Positions 14,618-29,154 of a stretch of 64,000 nucleotides of DNA are shown in pieces. The DNA is from Octopus vulgaris. Its lineage: Eukaryota. The position numbers and the translations under genes are program-made. Below the pieces are notes generated by a model, which was not told the origin of the DNA, did not search any database, and worked only from the letters and a program-made list of their open reading frames with translations. How positions within the stretch are numbered: position 1 is the first letter of the stretch; every line of letters begins with the position of its first letter. Where the stretch lies: the NCBI GenBank assembly GCA_951406725.2, contig OX597832.1, positions 25,792,001 through 25,856,000 of the forward strand, written 5' to 3'.

Positions 14618-15728
14618 TGTGTGAGTGTTTGTGTGTCTCTGTTTGTGTAAGCATGTTGGAATGTCATTAAGCGTTGAGACCAATTCTGCCAATCCAGGAA
14701 AACACAAGCTTCTGACTGAGCACAGGGCCATCGAATATTAAAACAATAATAAATAAATAAATAAACGCTACCATTGCAAATATCTTACCAAATATCTTCA
14801 TTGCATTCTCGCAGAAGATTGCTCCCTAATCGTACAAAACATTTACTGACAACCTGATCCATTATCCGCTCGAGCATAAGTTTCTCCTCGCCATCATGTA
14901 GCCTGCTTGAATCACATTTATTAAAACAACATCGATAGTTCTGTGTCCACAGCAATCTTCTCCATCGTAATATCGGAGATTGTTTTTCGATGAATATAAA
15001 ATATTTCATTTGCTGATGTTTTATAGGATCAGAACTTGTTTATTTCCACAGCAGACCCTGTCGACGATGTCTGTCATTTTACCTTGCTTTTATTTTTTTT
15101 CTTTACCGACTTAATTGTTTCAGCCATTGAACTGCGGCCATGATGGGCCAGCATCTTGAAGTGTTTTAGCCGAACAAATCGGCTCCAGCGGTTATTTTCT
15201 CTTCCATGTGCGTGTGTCTCTGTCTTCATAGAGTCTGCTGCTTATACTACAGGTTTTTTTAAACCGAACCGCTAAGTTAAATGGACGCAAATAAACAAAC
15301 ACTGGCTGTCGGACGTTTAGCGGAGGTGACAAACACAAAACAATTACACACAGACTCGCACGCACACGTAATATACATATATATTACCGTGATCACCGTG
15401 GCCGACCAGGCTATCAGGTGTTGCTACACACCGCTGGTCACAATGCGCTTCGCATTGTTTTAGCCTTCAAATGACGCCATCCCGCTGGCTAAGAGAGCAG
15501 GCATTTCCAACCAAATATATTCGCAAGATATTGATCAACCCGGAGCTGTAGCAGAAGACACATACTCAATGAGAGCCCCTGGGCGTTTGAACCCGAATTC
15601 ACGTAGTTGCAATGCGAAATTCTTAACTACAACCATTTCTGTGCCTACACACACACACACACTGAATCACACACAGAATCACACACAACCACGCATATAG
15701 GTAGACATAGATAGATAAATAGATAGAT

Positions 15729-15793
<65 letters not shown>

Positions 15794-15944
15794 TAAACAG
15801 ACAGACACACAGACAGAAAGACAGACAGACACACACACACACACAGACAAACAGACACACAGACACACAGACACACAGACAGACACACAGACACACAGAC
15901 ACACAGACAGACAGGCAGGCACACAGACAGACAGACAGACAGAC

Positions 15945-16019
<75 letters not shown>

Positions 16020-16663
16020 CAGAATCGATATATATGCTGTCCGAAATATTCTCCGCACAAGGCTACATCATTGCTTAGCATCTGAAACCTAAAAGGGGGG
16101 GGGTAATAACGTGTGACCCCGAAACCCTAAAACGACGCCAAACTTCACAAGAACTCATTGCCATTATTTCTTTCTAATAAGATTGCATTCATCTTTATTT
16201 TAAAACTTGTTCTACATTGATTAAATAAGAAAAGAATAAACAAAATGAAGTATATTGTTCTCGGCGATTGATCTCCTGCCAGAACTAATTCGATTATGTG
16301 AAGTCCTATGATCATCGCACACCATGTATATTTTAATATTTATGGATCATCGCTGATCCAAGCCAAAATACAATACTGTAAATATTAACCTCATGTATAA
16401 CGCGACCCATAAACTCTGAAATATAATTCAAACGCAATAAAACGATTTAGCATTACATAGATTTTTATGTACACCCATAAATAAGGCAAGTATGCCGTGT
16501 GGTACGAAGCTTGCTTCTTAACCACATGGTTCAGGGTTCACTCCGACTGCGTGGCACCATAGGCAAATGTCTTACACTATAGCCTCGGGCTGACAAAAGC
16601 CTTATAAGTGGATTTAGCAGATGAAAACCGAAACAAACCCGCCATATATATATATATACATAC

Positions 16664-16774
<111 letters not shown>

Positions 16775-16981
16775 CAGTAAGAGGCTTCCAAATAGGAAAG
16801 CGTTGTGCCAGAACACAAAAAAGGGATAAATTCACGAAAGCACAACGCTTTCCTATTTGGAAGCCTATTATTGTATTTCTATATGAATAATATATAGTCT
16901 AGTGACTAATTCGTTTTTTGTGCCAGGCCACTGGTAATAATAATTTATTATTACCCTATTTTATTATATATATATATAATA

Positions 16982-17034
<53 letters not shown>

Positions 17035-17037
<3 letters not shown>

Positions 17038-17572
17038 AATATGTTACATTACTCGATAGTCAAGATAGAACTCTGAGTTTCTGATGCCGAAGTGGAAATC
17101 CACAACGTCATCTCTTCGGTTATCTGGCTATTTGAAAACGCTATGAAAAAATACCGTTAAATAAAGGGAAATTACTCTGTTATAACTCTGCTTGCCTGCG
17201 TACTTATACATCGCTCGCATTTTTCGTCATAAAAATTATATAAAAATACATTAAAAATATATAAAAAAATATACATAAAATATATATATAAAATATATGA
17301 TAGAAGGTATGATGAGGTAAAAAACCTTCTTGAGACATAACATAGAAAGCATGTTCTATCTGTTTTCTTTAAGGGACCAACGGTATTTTTTCATAGCGTT
17401 TTCAAATAGCCAGATAACCGAAGAGATGACGTTGTGGATTCCCACTTCGGCATCTGAAACTCAGAGTTTTATCTTGACTATCGAGTAATGTAACATATTA
17501 TTTTATAGATAAATTTCCTCTATTTACATAATATTGAGGTCTCTTTCTTTCTTTTGTTATCTTACCGTTTTA

Positions 17573-17577
<5 letters not shown>
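17035..17577. mobile_element. (TA)n-embedded Penelope-like terminal remnant with 124-bp inverted repeat
   Basis: Arms 17035-17158 and 17379-17502 are near identical, each holds a hammerhead-like motif, and (TA)n flanks both sides. Confidence 0.7.
17413..17473 (+). ncRNA. Hammerhead-like motif with CCGAAGA core
   Basis: GATAA-CCGAAGA-GATG..CATC-t-GAAA-CTC a GAG-TT-TTATC, with an inverted copy at 17064-17124 (-). Confidence 0.55.
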
Positions 17578-17622
<45 letters not shown>

Positions 17623-17626
<4 letters not shown>

Positions 17627-18183
17627 GTCATCCCATAAATAATGCGGTTTTTTATACTTATTTTATATTTCAAAATTAAGATAAATAAAGTTCTCTTTTA
17701 ATTTCCATTTCCTACAATGCTCTTCCATCTTTCTGGTAGTCTTGCAAGGCCCCTCTTCCAAAATTCACTTGTCCGTCATGAAAATACTCCTCCAGTACTG
17801 TTCTGACCTCGTCTACAGAATTCGTATTTTTCCGTCCAAATGATTTTGAAGACTACAGAGTAAGTGATAATCAGATGGGGCAATGTCCGGCGAATATAGT
17901 GCAGCATCGTTTCCCATTCAAATTGCTCCAGCCTTTGGAATGTCATCATCGTTGTACGGGGCCGAGTATTATCCTCATAGAAGAATACCTTTCCTTTTTT
18001 CTTCTAGCGCTGACTTAAGCCGCTCAAGTTGCTCGCAGTAGATCTCCTTTGTTATCGTTTGGTTTGGGTATAAAAGTTGAAAGTGGACGAAACCTCTCAT
18101 ATCCCACCAAACAGATAACAATAACTTACGTGGGTGAAGACCTTGGGTGAAGGCCTGGGGTGCCGGTGTTTCTCCTGTCCCTA
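17623..18183 (-). mobile_element. Mariner transposon 3' half (transposase pseudogene + one TIR)
   Basis: [23 protein letters not shown]...YCEQLERLKSALEEKR, then DNTRP and a frameshifted YSPDIAPSDYHL. TIR-like end TTGGGTCATCCCATAAATAATGCG next to TA. Truncated by a (GATA/GACA)n tract. Confidence 0.9.
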
Positions 18184-18184
18184 C

Positions 18185-18270
<86 letters not shown>

Positions 18271-18317
18271 GGCAGGCAGGCAGGCAGGCAGACAGACAGA
18301 CAGACAGACAGGCAGGC

Positions 18318-18455
<138 letters not shown>

Positions 18456-18461
18456 ACAGAC

Positions 18462-18496
<35 letters not shown>

Positions 18497-19016
18497 CACA
18501 CACACACACACACACATACACACACGGAGTATACACGACCATATCACTCGCTGCAGCTCTGTACAGCTCTGCTTTGATGACTAACTCTATCGACCTGCGC
18601 ATACTCCCATACGAAGTCTTGTGTCAGTGTCTGTCTAAACTTCCAGTATATTCTATTTTAATTTACCAATTCCTCCATGCATGGAATGAATGCAACGAAC
18701 AACTAAACACATTAACTATATCTAATAGGTTAATTACATATGAATTTGATTATAATTTGGTCGAAGGTTAGAGTTAATTATTTTTTTATAAAGTAATTCT
18801 TTATAATAGTTAAACGCTCCGTGTGTAATTGAGACTAATTATTCGCGCCAACTAATTAAGTAATATCATGGTTTAATGATTTAATAAAGTTACAAGTGTT
18901 ATATGAACATGTGGGTGTGTATGTGTATTGGTTTACATGTGTTAGTGTATGTATTTGTGTATATATGTGAAAGTATGTATATGTAAATATATACATACTT
19001 TTATGTGTGTGTGTGA

Positions 19017-19061
<45 letters not shown>

Positions 19062-19270
19062 GCCTTTTGTTCTTTTACATGTTTCAGTCATTTCACTGCG
19101 GCCATGCTGGAGCACAGCCTTTAGTCGAACAAATCGACCCCCAGGATGTATTCTTTGTAAGCCTCGTACTTATTCTATAGTTTTCTTTTGCCAATCCGCA
19201 AAGTTACAGGGACGTAAAGACACCAACATCGGTTGTCAAACACACACACACACACATATATATATATAAA

Positions 19271-19307
<37 letters not shown>

Positions 19308-19351
19308 GTATGTGCATATATATATTGAGAGATAGATAGATAGATAGATAT

Positions 19352-19424
<73 letters not shown>

Positions 19425-19505
19425 TATATCTGTGTATCTGTGTGTATGTGTCCGTGTATGTATATATATATATGTATATATCGCTCCTCATTTACGTGTG
19501 TGTAT

Positions 19506-19541
<36 letters not shown>

Positions 19542-20277
19542 GCGTATATATGTGTACTCACACACACACACACGCATATACTCAATGTATGTATGTATAT
19601 ATATAAATACACATGTAGTTATATAAGTATGTATGTATTATCTATCTCATATATCTGTTTTTGGTGAGTATTTTTTTGCTCTGTGTATCTCAGTGTGCGT
19701 ATAAATACATATGTGTGTGCGTGTGTGTCCGTGTGTGTGTGTGTGTGGATCGTTATACGTGTGTTTTGATGCAGCTAAAGATATGAATTTTAATCTTTAG
19801 TCTTTGAATAATATCACACAAGATAGAATAAATTATAATTGAATATCTCTATATTTATATCTCCGTCTCTATATTTATAATCATATCCGTATATTTATAT
19901 CTCCATCTATGTTTCTATCGGCATCAATATCAATTCATCCTTTTTAGTTCTCTTCCCCTTTCGCCATCGCTTTTTAGCCTATATAGGAATGTATATATTC
20001 TTTTGATTCGTCTAATCGTTGCAATCATTAAACTGATGCCATCCTGGGGCACCGCCTTAAAGGGCAAAATTGATTATATCGACCCCTAGTACTTTGTTTA
20101 ATAATTGTAGTATCGATCTTGATAAAAAGCTAGAGGGAAGTCTCTGGCGTAGACAGACGTTCAAGTTTGCCTACGATATACATATAAATGTATATATGTA
20201 TTTATGTATGTATGTCTATATATACATAAATACATACATACATATACATATACATATACATATATATATATATATAT

Positions 20278-20340
<63 letters not shown>

Positions 20341-20344
20341 TAGT

Positions 20345-20409
<65 letters not shown>

Positions 20410-20544
20410 TAAAATACATATGTATACGTATGAAACAGAATCAAACACCGGCAAGATTTGTGGCGGTCTGCGTCAGCAAGGAATATATTTGTACTCAGAG
20501 CATTAAGACATAGTTCAAATTCTGCCGACGTGGACTTTAGCTCA

Positions 20545-21103
20545 CCGGGCGAAATGCTTAGCGGTATTTCGTCTGTCGTTACGTTCTGAGTTCAAATTCC
20601 GCCGAGGTCGACTTTGCCTTTCATCCATTCGGGGTCGATTAAATAAGTACCAGTTACGCACTGGGTCGATGTAATCGACTTAATACCTATGTCTGTCCTT
20701 GTTTGTCCGCTCTGTGTTTAGCCCCTTGTGGGTAATAAAGAAATAGGTATTTCGTCTGTCTTTGCGTTCTGAGTTCAAATTCCGCCGAGGTCGACTTTGC
20801 CTTTCATCCTTTCGGGGTCGATAAATTAAGCACCAGTTACGCACTGGGGTCGATGTAATCGACTTAATACCTATGTCTGTCCTTGTTTGTCCCCTCTATG
20901 TTTAGCCCCTTGTGGGTAATAAAGAAATAGAAATAGGTATTTCGTCTGTCTTTGCGTTCTGAGTTCAAATTTCACCGTGGTCGACTTTGCCTTTCATCCT
21001 TTCAAGGTCAATAAATTAAGTACCAGTTGCGTACTGGGGTCGATCTAATCGACTGCCCCCATCTCCAAAAATTTCGGGCCTTGTGTCTAGAGAAGAAAAG
21101 AAA
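20545..21103 (+). mobile_element. SINE family B with internal tandem units of about 185 bp
   Basis: Units start at 20563, 20746 and 20936. Confidence 0.88.
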
Positions 21104-23774
21104 AAATTAAATATTGCAATACAAATGTATTACTTTCCAGATGAATTTATTTTTAGGTTCGCTGCCTGAACACAGCTTTGCTAGAATATATACAGTGAAG
21201 CTTTACTATAGCGTCGTAAAATTATCGACTGCTATATCCAGTAAACTTTGGTACCTTGTTGCACCACTATTCTGTATATACATATATATATAATATATTG
21301 TGTTACACTAACTAGCGATGCACGGTATTAGAATTTTCAGCTCGATTTATATATAACAAACAACTCTATAACGTTGTTAGACTATCTACAGAAGTGGAGT
21401 TCGGACCGGTAGGTTGTATTAGCATTGAGTCTTATTAGCTGTAATAATGAAGCCGAACCAAGTAGTGATATTTTGAAAGCATTTGATATGACTGTTTCAG
21501 GTCCGACTAATATATAATTGGAAGTGCATCAGTTACTAAAGAAGGTTTACGTCATATATGCAAGTCTACAATGCATTCTGTCTGATCTGCCAATCTACCT
21601 CATATCTTGTTCCTTTAATAATATGTAATAATGCATAATAGTACGAAATGTAAGGAATACATTTATAAATAATCAAGCAGTGGTTTGCTTCGATGTGAAA
21701 AGCAAACGATATGGTTACAATTCAAGATTTATCTTGCAAGATCTTCATCAGTGAAAGAAACTTTTCTACTCTCGGCACAAAGCCCGAAATTTCGGGGTAG
21801 AGGGCAAGTCGATTAGATCGACTCCATATGCAACTGGTACTTAATTCATTGACCCCGAAAGGATAAAAGGCAAAGTTGACTTCGGCGGAATTTGAACTCA
21901 GAACGTAGCGGCAGACGAAATTCCCTCAAAGCATTTGACCCGGAGTGCTAACGTTTCTGCCATATCGCCGCCTTTCATCTGTGAAAGGATGTTGGTGTTC
22001 TGTCGTATTAAAAAATGCAGACGGAGTCAAATTAGTCTGTCTAATTTGCCTTTCAGTAGATGCGCGGCCATCGCAGATAAATTCATTCGTAAAGTACAGC
22101 ATATTTGTTGATAATCTGAAATGCAAGTTATACATGTTTTGTGAAGGCGGGAGTCAACTCGTCATAGAATCGCCGGGAAGCTGTCATTATGTACGGAGTG
22201 TCTTGGATGTTTTAAATCTGGCAGAAACCATCCGTTCCAGATATATACATGTCAGATTCCTTCCGGGGAGATAATGAGAAAGAGGAAGCGTAAGTGAAAG
22301 GGAGAGAGAAAAGAAGTATCCTTATTAAGCGGCATCGTGTTACATATTTTATTTCTCATTTTTCGTAAAATATAAAGAATTTAGAATTAGATTTGAATTA
22401 AAAATTGTCCTTATTTGGCACGTGATTTGATCCGAGACCCTGTTTGAAACAAGCAATAACAGCATCGAAGACAGATTTTTAACTACACAAAAGCTGTCGA
22501 CTTCACTTAATACTTTATTTTATTTCTTTTTGAAAATTTTCGCCCCACTATCTGTGACCTGGTCACTGATACTATTCTGCCGGAAATACATAAAGAATTT
22601 AAACCAAATAAAAATGTACTGCAATATTTTTATCATAGAATATACTGCAGTGTTTTTCATGAAAAATCTGAAAAAAATCTCTCAGCCAAAAGAGGAATTG
22701 ATTCTTCGTGCTTTCTACAATTTACCAATATTCTATCTTTCTACTTCAACTTTGATCCCGTTCCTATTAAGCTATTTACTTTTTCCATTTCTTATCGAGT
22801 TGCTGCGAATAGTCCGGGAAATATACGAGACCACATTCATGGAACGATATCAATAAATTTCTCGATCGGTGAGGTCAATGTTATCAATTTGAACTGCTGA
22901 CAACAAAGACATCACATTTAAGTAAACCTAATGTTGTTCATATACTCATGTTGCTGTTGTTGCTGTTGTTGTTTTTTTTGGGGGGGGGGTTGAACTATCT
23001 ATTTTGCGAGAATTTCAATCACTAGATTTAACATTTCCATTATGGCCGCCGAAGCCAGGGTTAATTAAATTATCAGTCGAAAGTTCTGGATGTTGTATCT
23101 AGCGTTATATTAACCTCTGTGTGTTGGGATATCAATTATAAAGACATTATATATTGTTATTAATATAGGTTTTACGTGCGCTTCTTTTTTCCTTTTTCTT
23201 TTTTTTTTTTTGTATGTATGAGAACGAATCATAGAAAGGGGAATTCTACGGAAGACAGTTCTTTTATCAAGAGATGGTCTCTTCTATGCTCTCATTTTGT
23301 GTTACGTATGTTGCAATACACGGTATATGCTGCTAAATCACACTCGCTCGCGAGTGACGGCAGTCTATTCTATTGCACAATATATATATATATATGTGTG
23401 TGTATGTATGTGTGTGTACGTATGTATGTATGTATACATTTATTTATTTATATATATATATGTATCACATAAATCTCGTAGATTATGTCGGTTCCAAATT
23501 TTGGCACAACGCCAGGAATATTGCGGGAAGGGGTAAGTTGATAACATCGACTCCAATATTCAACTAATACATATTTTATCGACCCGGAAAGGATGAAAGA
23601 CAAAGTCTAGCGTGCTAACCATTCCGCTAGTTTGTCGCATTAGGAAGACAAATAATATTAATGTTAGTTCACAATGAGGTAAAGCAAATGTTATATCATT
23701 TTCGTAATAGCATTCAAAGTGATCTCATTCAGAAAAAGATGCCTTCGGCACATTTGGTGTAGTGTTTGGTGGAA

Positions 23775-23880
<106 letters not shown>

Positions 23881-24174
23881 CAATCTGAGCATATAGCTCA
23901 TTTGTAATTCGTACATATATATATATATATATATATATATGAAAAAAATATAATTTAGGGTATCTAAGAGATACCACTACGCTGGTAATAACGGCCAAAA
24001 CGTTACTCTAAAACGACATTAGGATTTAGGGTCACGTTTTGGCTGCTATTTTCAGCGTGGTGGGGGTCTCGTAGATACCCTAAATTATAATTCTAATAAT
24101 AAAATATTACCGTTGAAGGTTTTTATTCCCATGTTGGCCACCTGGTAAGATCAGTATTTAAATAACGATCTTAT

Positions 24175-24228
<54 letters not shown>

Positions 24229-24486
24229 ATATATATATACACGCACATATATTTACGAGAGGTTCTTGGCCAAAAGGTTATCACGAAGCACCTGGTTACA
24301 GGCTCGATCGTCCGAGTTCTTTTACAAGTCTTAGAAGAACTGAAGGGCCACTGAAATATGTGTGTGAATTTGAGAGGGGAATATGTTGAATAACATCTTA
24401 ATTAAATGAACCTCCTCTATTTTCTTTTACCCAGACCCTGGAACTTTCCAGCATATCCTCGTGTACGTACATACACACACACGCAC

Positions 24487-24547
<61 letters not shown>

Positions 24548-24614
24548 CGTAAGTACATATATATTAAGATACATAAATATACACCAGTGTTTGTATTTCA
24601 TTAGTAATACACGA

Positions 24615-25000
24615 TATTCTTTTCTACTCTAGGCGCAAGGCCCGATATTTTGGGCGATTCCTGTACGCAACTAGCACTTAATTAATCGACCCCGTAAGGA
24701 TGAAAGGCAAAGTCTACCACTGCGGAATTTGAGCTCAGAACATAAATACAGTCGAAATACCTATTTCTATTTCTTTACTACCCACAAGGGGCTAAACGTA
24801 GAGAGGACAAACAAGGACAAACAAACGGAGTAAGTCGATTACATCGTCCCCAGTGCGTAACTGGTACTTGATTTATCGACCCCGAAAGGATGAAAGGCAA
24901 AGTCTACCTCGGCGGAATTTGAACTCAGAACGTAGCGGCAGACGAAATACAGCTACGCATTTCGCCCGGCGTGTTAACGTTTCTGCCACATCGTCGCCTT
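24615..25000 (-). mobile_element. SINE family B dimeric copy
   Basis: Reverse complement of the 20545 array. Other copies lie near 3657, 21760, 23495, 26497, 32872, 33123, 34707 and 54711. Confidence 0.88.
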
Positions 25001-25070
25001 ATTAATGATGTAAGATATTGAAAGCCTTATTACGTGAATATTGATAATGGAAACAGCAGCACTGACAGAG

Positions 25071-25101
<31 letters not shown>

Positions 25102-25123
25102 TACCAGTACCAGTAGCAGCAGC

Positions 25124-25175
<52 letters not shown>

Positions 25176-25194
25176 ATGGTGGTTGCAGTAGAAA

Positions 25195-25269
<75 letters not shown>

Positions 25270-25487
25270 AGGCAATTGTAGATATTTTTGGGAAAGGAAG
25301 TTTTGTCAATGATTGGACACGAACGTTGCTATTTCCATCTCTCGATTTGATTTCGTCTGTTCGGTAGAATCGATGTGAAGTTTCTGTTAGTCTCCACGTT
25401 ATGAAACTGAAATAGGTTTACCTAAAACACACACACACAGATATACGTATGCTTGCATACGTATAGAGAAAAAGAACAGACATGCAG

Positions 25488-25528
<41 letters not shown>

Positions 25529-25960
25529 TTCTTTTATTCTTTTATTTGTTTCAGTCATTTGACTGCGGCCATGCTGGAGCACCGCCTTTAGTCGAGCAAG
25601 TCGACCCCAGGACTTATTCTTTGTAAGCTTAGTACTTATTTTATCGGTTTCTTTCGCCGAACCGCTAAGTTACAGGGACGTAAACTCACCAGCATCGGTT
25701 GTCAAGCGACATTGGGGGGGACAAACACAGATACACAGACATATACACACACATACATACACACATATATATATATATATAAATAGACACATATATACGA
25801 CGGGATTCTTTCAGTTTCCGTCTACCAAATCCACTCACAAGGCTTTGATCAGCCAGAAGCTATAGTAGAAGCCACTTGCCCAAGGTGCCACGCAGTGAGA
25901 CTGAACCCGGAACTATGTAGTTCGTAAGCAAGCTACTTACCACATAACCGCTCCTACGCC
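25529..25960 (-). mobile_element. SINE family A, full-length
   Basis: Reverse complement of 5911-6333. Confidence 0.9.
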
Positions 25961-26318
25961 TACAGATAGATCTTTTATTGTTTTTTACTTGTTTCAGCCA
26001 TTAAACTGCAGCCATGCTGGAGCACCGCCTGGGTAGATTTTAATCGAACGAATTTTTATAGCCAGGTACTTATTCTGTTGCAACCTTTACCGAACAGAAA
26101 GCACAGTGCTCTGTGGCTTTTGAGCTGTTTTAACTCGTGTTTCTAGCAATAGCTGGTGCTGGTCAGTACCCTCCCTCACTATTGTGACCTCTGTTAATAT
26201 ATATATATATACATACATATAATAAAGGAAACGGAAGGTGGATACCCAATCACATAGAAAGAAGCTTGCATACACACACACATATATACATATATATACG
26301 CATATATATATATATATA

Positions 26319-26370
<52 letters not shown>

Positions 26371-26373
26371 CAT

Positions 26374-26940
26374 GAAGGCGCATGGCTCAGTGGTTAGAGC
26401 GTCGAGCTTACGATCGTGAGGTTTTGCGTTCGATTCCCAGGCCTGGCTGCATGTTTATTTCAGGTTGCACTAATTCAATCAACTGTAGAAAGCAGTCCTT
26501 TTCTACTCTAGGACAAGGCCTGAAATTTTGGGGGAGGGGTCAGTCGATTAGATCGACCCTAGTACGCAATTGTTACTTAATTTATTAACCCCGAAAGGAT
26601 AAAAAGCAAAGTCAACCTCGGCGGAATTTGAACTCAGAACGTAAAGACAAACGAAATACAGCTAAGCATTTCACCCGGTGTGCTAACGTTGCTTCCAACA
26701 CGCCGCTTTAACTATAGAAAACAATCACGACCTCACAGGGGCCAAACTGTATCTGCCTTTGCCTTTCCCTTGGATAACATTGGTGGCAGGAAGAGGTAAG
26801 GCTGGTATGCATGGGTGACTGCTGCTCTTCCATAAAAACAAACCTAGGTTGAGCGTTCGCCGGTGAGGCGATTTTAGCCCAGACCTGTACCCAGGAAGGA
26901 AACCTCTTAGGTGCACCCATGCACATGGATGAGCAGAGGG
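26374..26940 (+). mobile_element. SINE interrupted by a family B SINE
   Basis: tRNA-like head at 26374-26450. A family B copy (-) at about 26495-26709 is flanked by the degenerate TSD AACTGTAGAAAGCA / AACTATAGAAAACA. Confidence 0.7.
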
Positions 26941-27233
26941 GGCTAGATAGATTTGGAATAGCTTCTGTCTTTATCACGTCCTACAGTTTTCATGGAAACA
27001 ACAGCAGCTTAACCCTTCTAGAGACGTTTCTCCTCATAATATCAACTAAGTTTGATTTTTTAAAGTATATATATAATGTGTGGCCTCCAAAAACTCAGTT
27101 TGATTATATAACTTCGATACAGAACTCACCTCAACAAAATAACTTCCTACGTAAACAGACACAATATCACTTTAGTCCTCTCATTCTTACTGCCTTTATT
27201 TCCCTGGGATAACGATTAAGAAAATATAGGAAA

Positions 27234-27528
27234 TCTTTATATATAAAAGTAAGGTTGTGTGTCTGTCTCCTACGATTTAGATTCCTAACTACTCCCACAT
27301 TTTGCGGTGCAGTTTAACCAAAACCGGGTATCTTATAGTCGTGATTCATATCGAGCCCTTCTGGGTATTAGCGCGCGTCTACGATGAGTCTACGATTTAA
27401 AAAAAATTTACCATCATTTTTTTTTCCATTTTTAATGCATTTTTTGCTATTTTTTGGCTATAACTCTCTAAAAATACTTTATAGTTATTTCCCTTACAAA
27501 CCCGAGCAACGCCGGGCGATACTACTAG
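27234..27528 (+). mobile_element. Non-autonomous Helitron
   Basis: 5' A|TC start, subterminal hairpin CCCGAGCAACGCCGGG (27501-27516) and 3' CTAG|T end. Inserted between A and T with no TSD. Confidence 0.85.
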
Positions 27529-28311
27529 TATACACTAAAAAAAGATCCGGAATCAAGAGAGATTAGATATTTATTTTTGTGCTGTGTTTCATTGATTTTC
27601 TTAAAATATTTAAAGAAAGAATTTAAAATGCCGTTTTCCATTGATTTTCACAAAACCGGAGCAATGCAGGAGCTACGTTTGATAAAATGACGTCAGAGTT
27701 TTGGGATTGACAAGCTTTTCCGTTTCTATAAATAGCTAAACTTTTACTGCTCCTGCTGCCGCTACTTCTACCCTTGTTGCTTCTATTATTACCACTGCTA
27801 AAACTGCTGCTATTACTATGATAGGTTATAAAGCATTATACGGGATATACTAGACCATATGATTCACACATAATATAAAGGCTGCTACAATTGTTTTCCC
27901 TCTCTTTCTTTCTCTATCATCACGCACTCATGCACGCATATACTCACGAATACACACAGTCAAAGACGCACACACATAATTTTAGAGTACACTCAGAGTA
28001 CACTCATTTATGTGGTACACATACGTGCATATGCATATATACATACATATAAACCATACCACACAGCCACTCCTACGCCTATTTTTTTTATATGAAGGCA
28101 TATTTATATGTGAATGCCTATTTATATATGAACAAAATTCAGAAGGGTATTAAAACACCACTTTCTATAAACAAAGTTATCGCTCCAAAAGAACAACTTA
28201 CTATCAAAATACACACAACGAATGCAACAAACAACAAAAATAGGCTTACTTTGTATGAACTACAGAAATAAGAAATGCGTAGATTCCGGGATCGATGTAT
28301 GTGTGTGTGTG

Positions 28312-28600
28312 TGAAACCGTGTGGCCTACTGGTTAGAATGTTGCACTGACAGTCTAGCAACCGTGGGTTGGATTCCTGGAGGGCGACGCACTGTGCTCTT
28401 AAGCAAGACACTTCATTTCACGTTGCTCCAGTCCACTCAGGTGCAAGAGGCGTAAACTTGCGACGGAATACCCTTCTGATCCAGTGGAATGTTGGCCTGC
28501 TCACCAATCTAGCGGGGTGGCATCATTCGGTAGCTAAAACAATACGAAGCGCATTGTGACTAGCGATGTATAACAACAACCGATAGCCTGGCCGGTGCAA
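28312..28600 (+). mobile_element. SINE with CORE-like body and a third tail type
   Basis: tRNA-like head and AAGCAAGACACTTCATTTCACGTTGCTCCAGTCCACTCAG. The tail recurs at 15385-15500 (-) and 56945-57030 (+). Confidence 0.8.
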
Positions 28601-28739
28601 TTCTAACAGTAAAATTATTTTAACACGAAATTACTTGCAATACCAAAGACATGATAAAATTTAATGAATAAAATGTTACAGACAAAATTATAATTTCTGC
28701 GCCGGCCTCTACCGGTTGGAGGTACCCTGATAGATTTGC

Positions 28740-29130
28740 ATCGCCGTATTCTATCCCTCTCTGCCCTTGAACTCTACAACCATCTTTCAATAGTATGTAC
28801 TCTCTTCTACAATATCCGTAAACTCGTCTCCTCTTCACACTTGCCCCATTACCATCTTCATAGTCAAAGCACCCCACACCGCTACAATCCCTTCGCAAAA
28901 TTTATATACCCGACAGCTCTACCTCTAAGTACCTGACCGGTATTTGATAGTCAAGTAACCCATCTTCAACTGGTCCTCGAGATTCTTATTTCGCACACTA
29001 ACCCGACATATCGATACTTTAACTCATCCTTCTCGACCCTTCTTCAGCATTAAGTCATTCTACGCTGTTTTACCACACAACGGAGGTCTACTGACCTCCC
29101 AGTTCTCTAACCGTCTCCAACTGAGCAGCA
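28740..29130 (-). mobile_element. Highly decayed LINE (RTE-like) fragment
   Basis: Scraps such as CRVSVRNKN and a degenerate RL-R-W-G-VL-like segment, with many stops and frameshifts. Confidence 0.3.
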
Positions 29131-29154
29131 TCCCTAATATTGCTTGCTGGTAAG

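Noticed and set aside
20545-21103. Repeat array superficially like a CRISPR
   Set aside because: Eukaryotic context, units of about 185 bp and no unique spacers; it is a tandem SINE.
21490-21755. Hammerhead-like CTGATG fragments on the minus strand
   Set aside because: Cores are incomplete and stems do not pair convincingly.
26374-26450. tRNA-like sequences (also 8171, 55243, 5911)
   Set aside because: They continue into SINE bodies and lack a complete cloverleaf, so they are SINE heads rather than tRNA genes.
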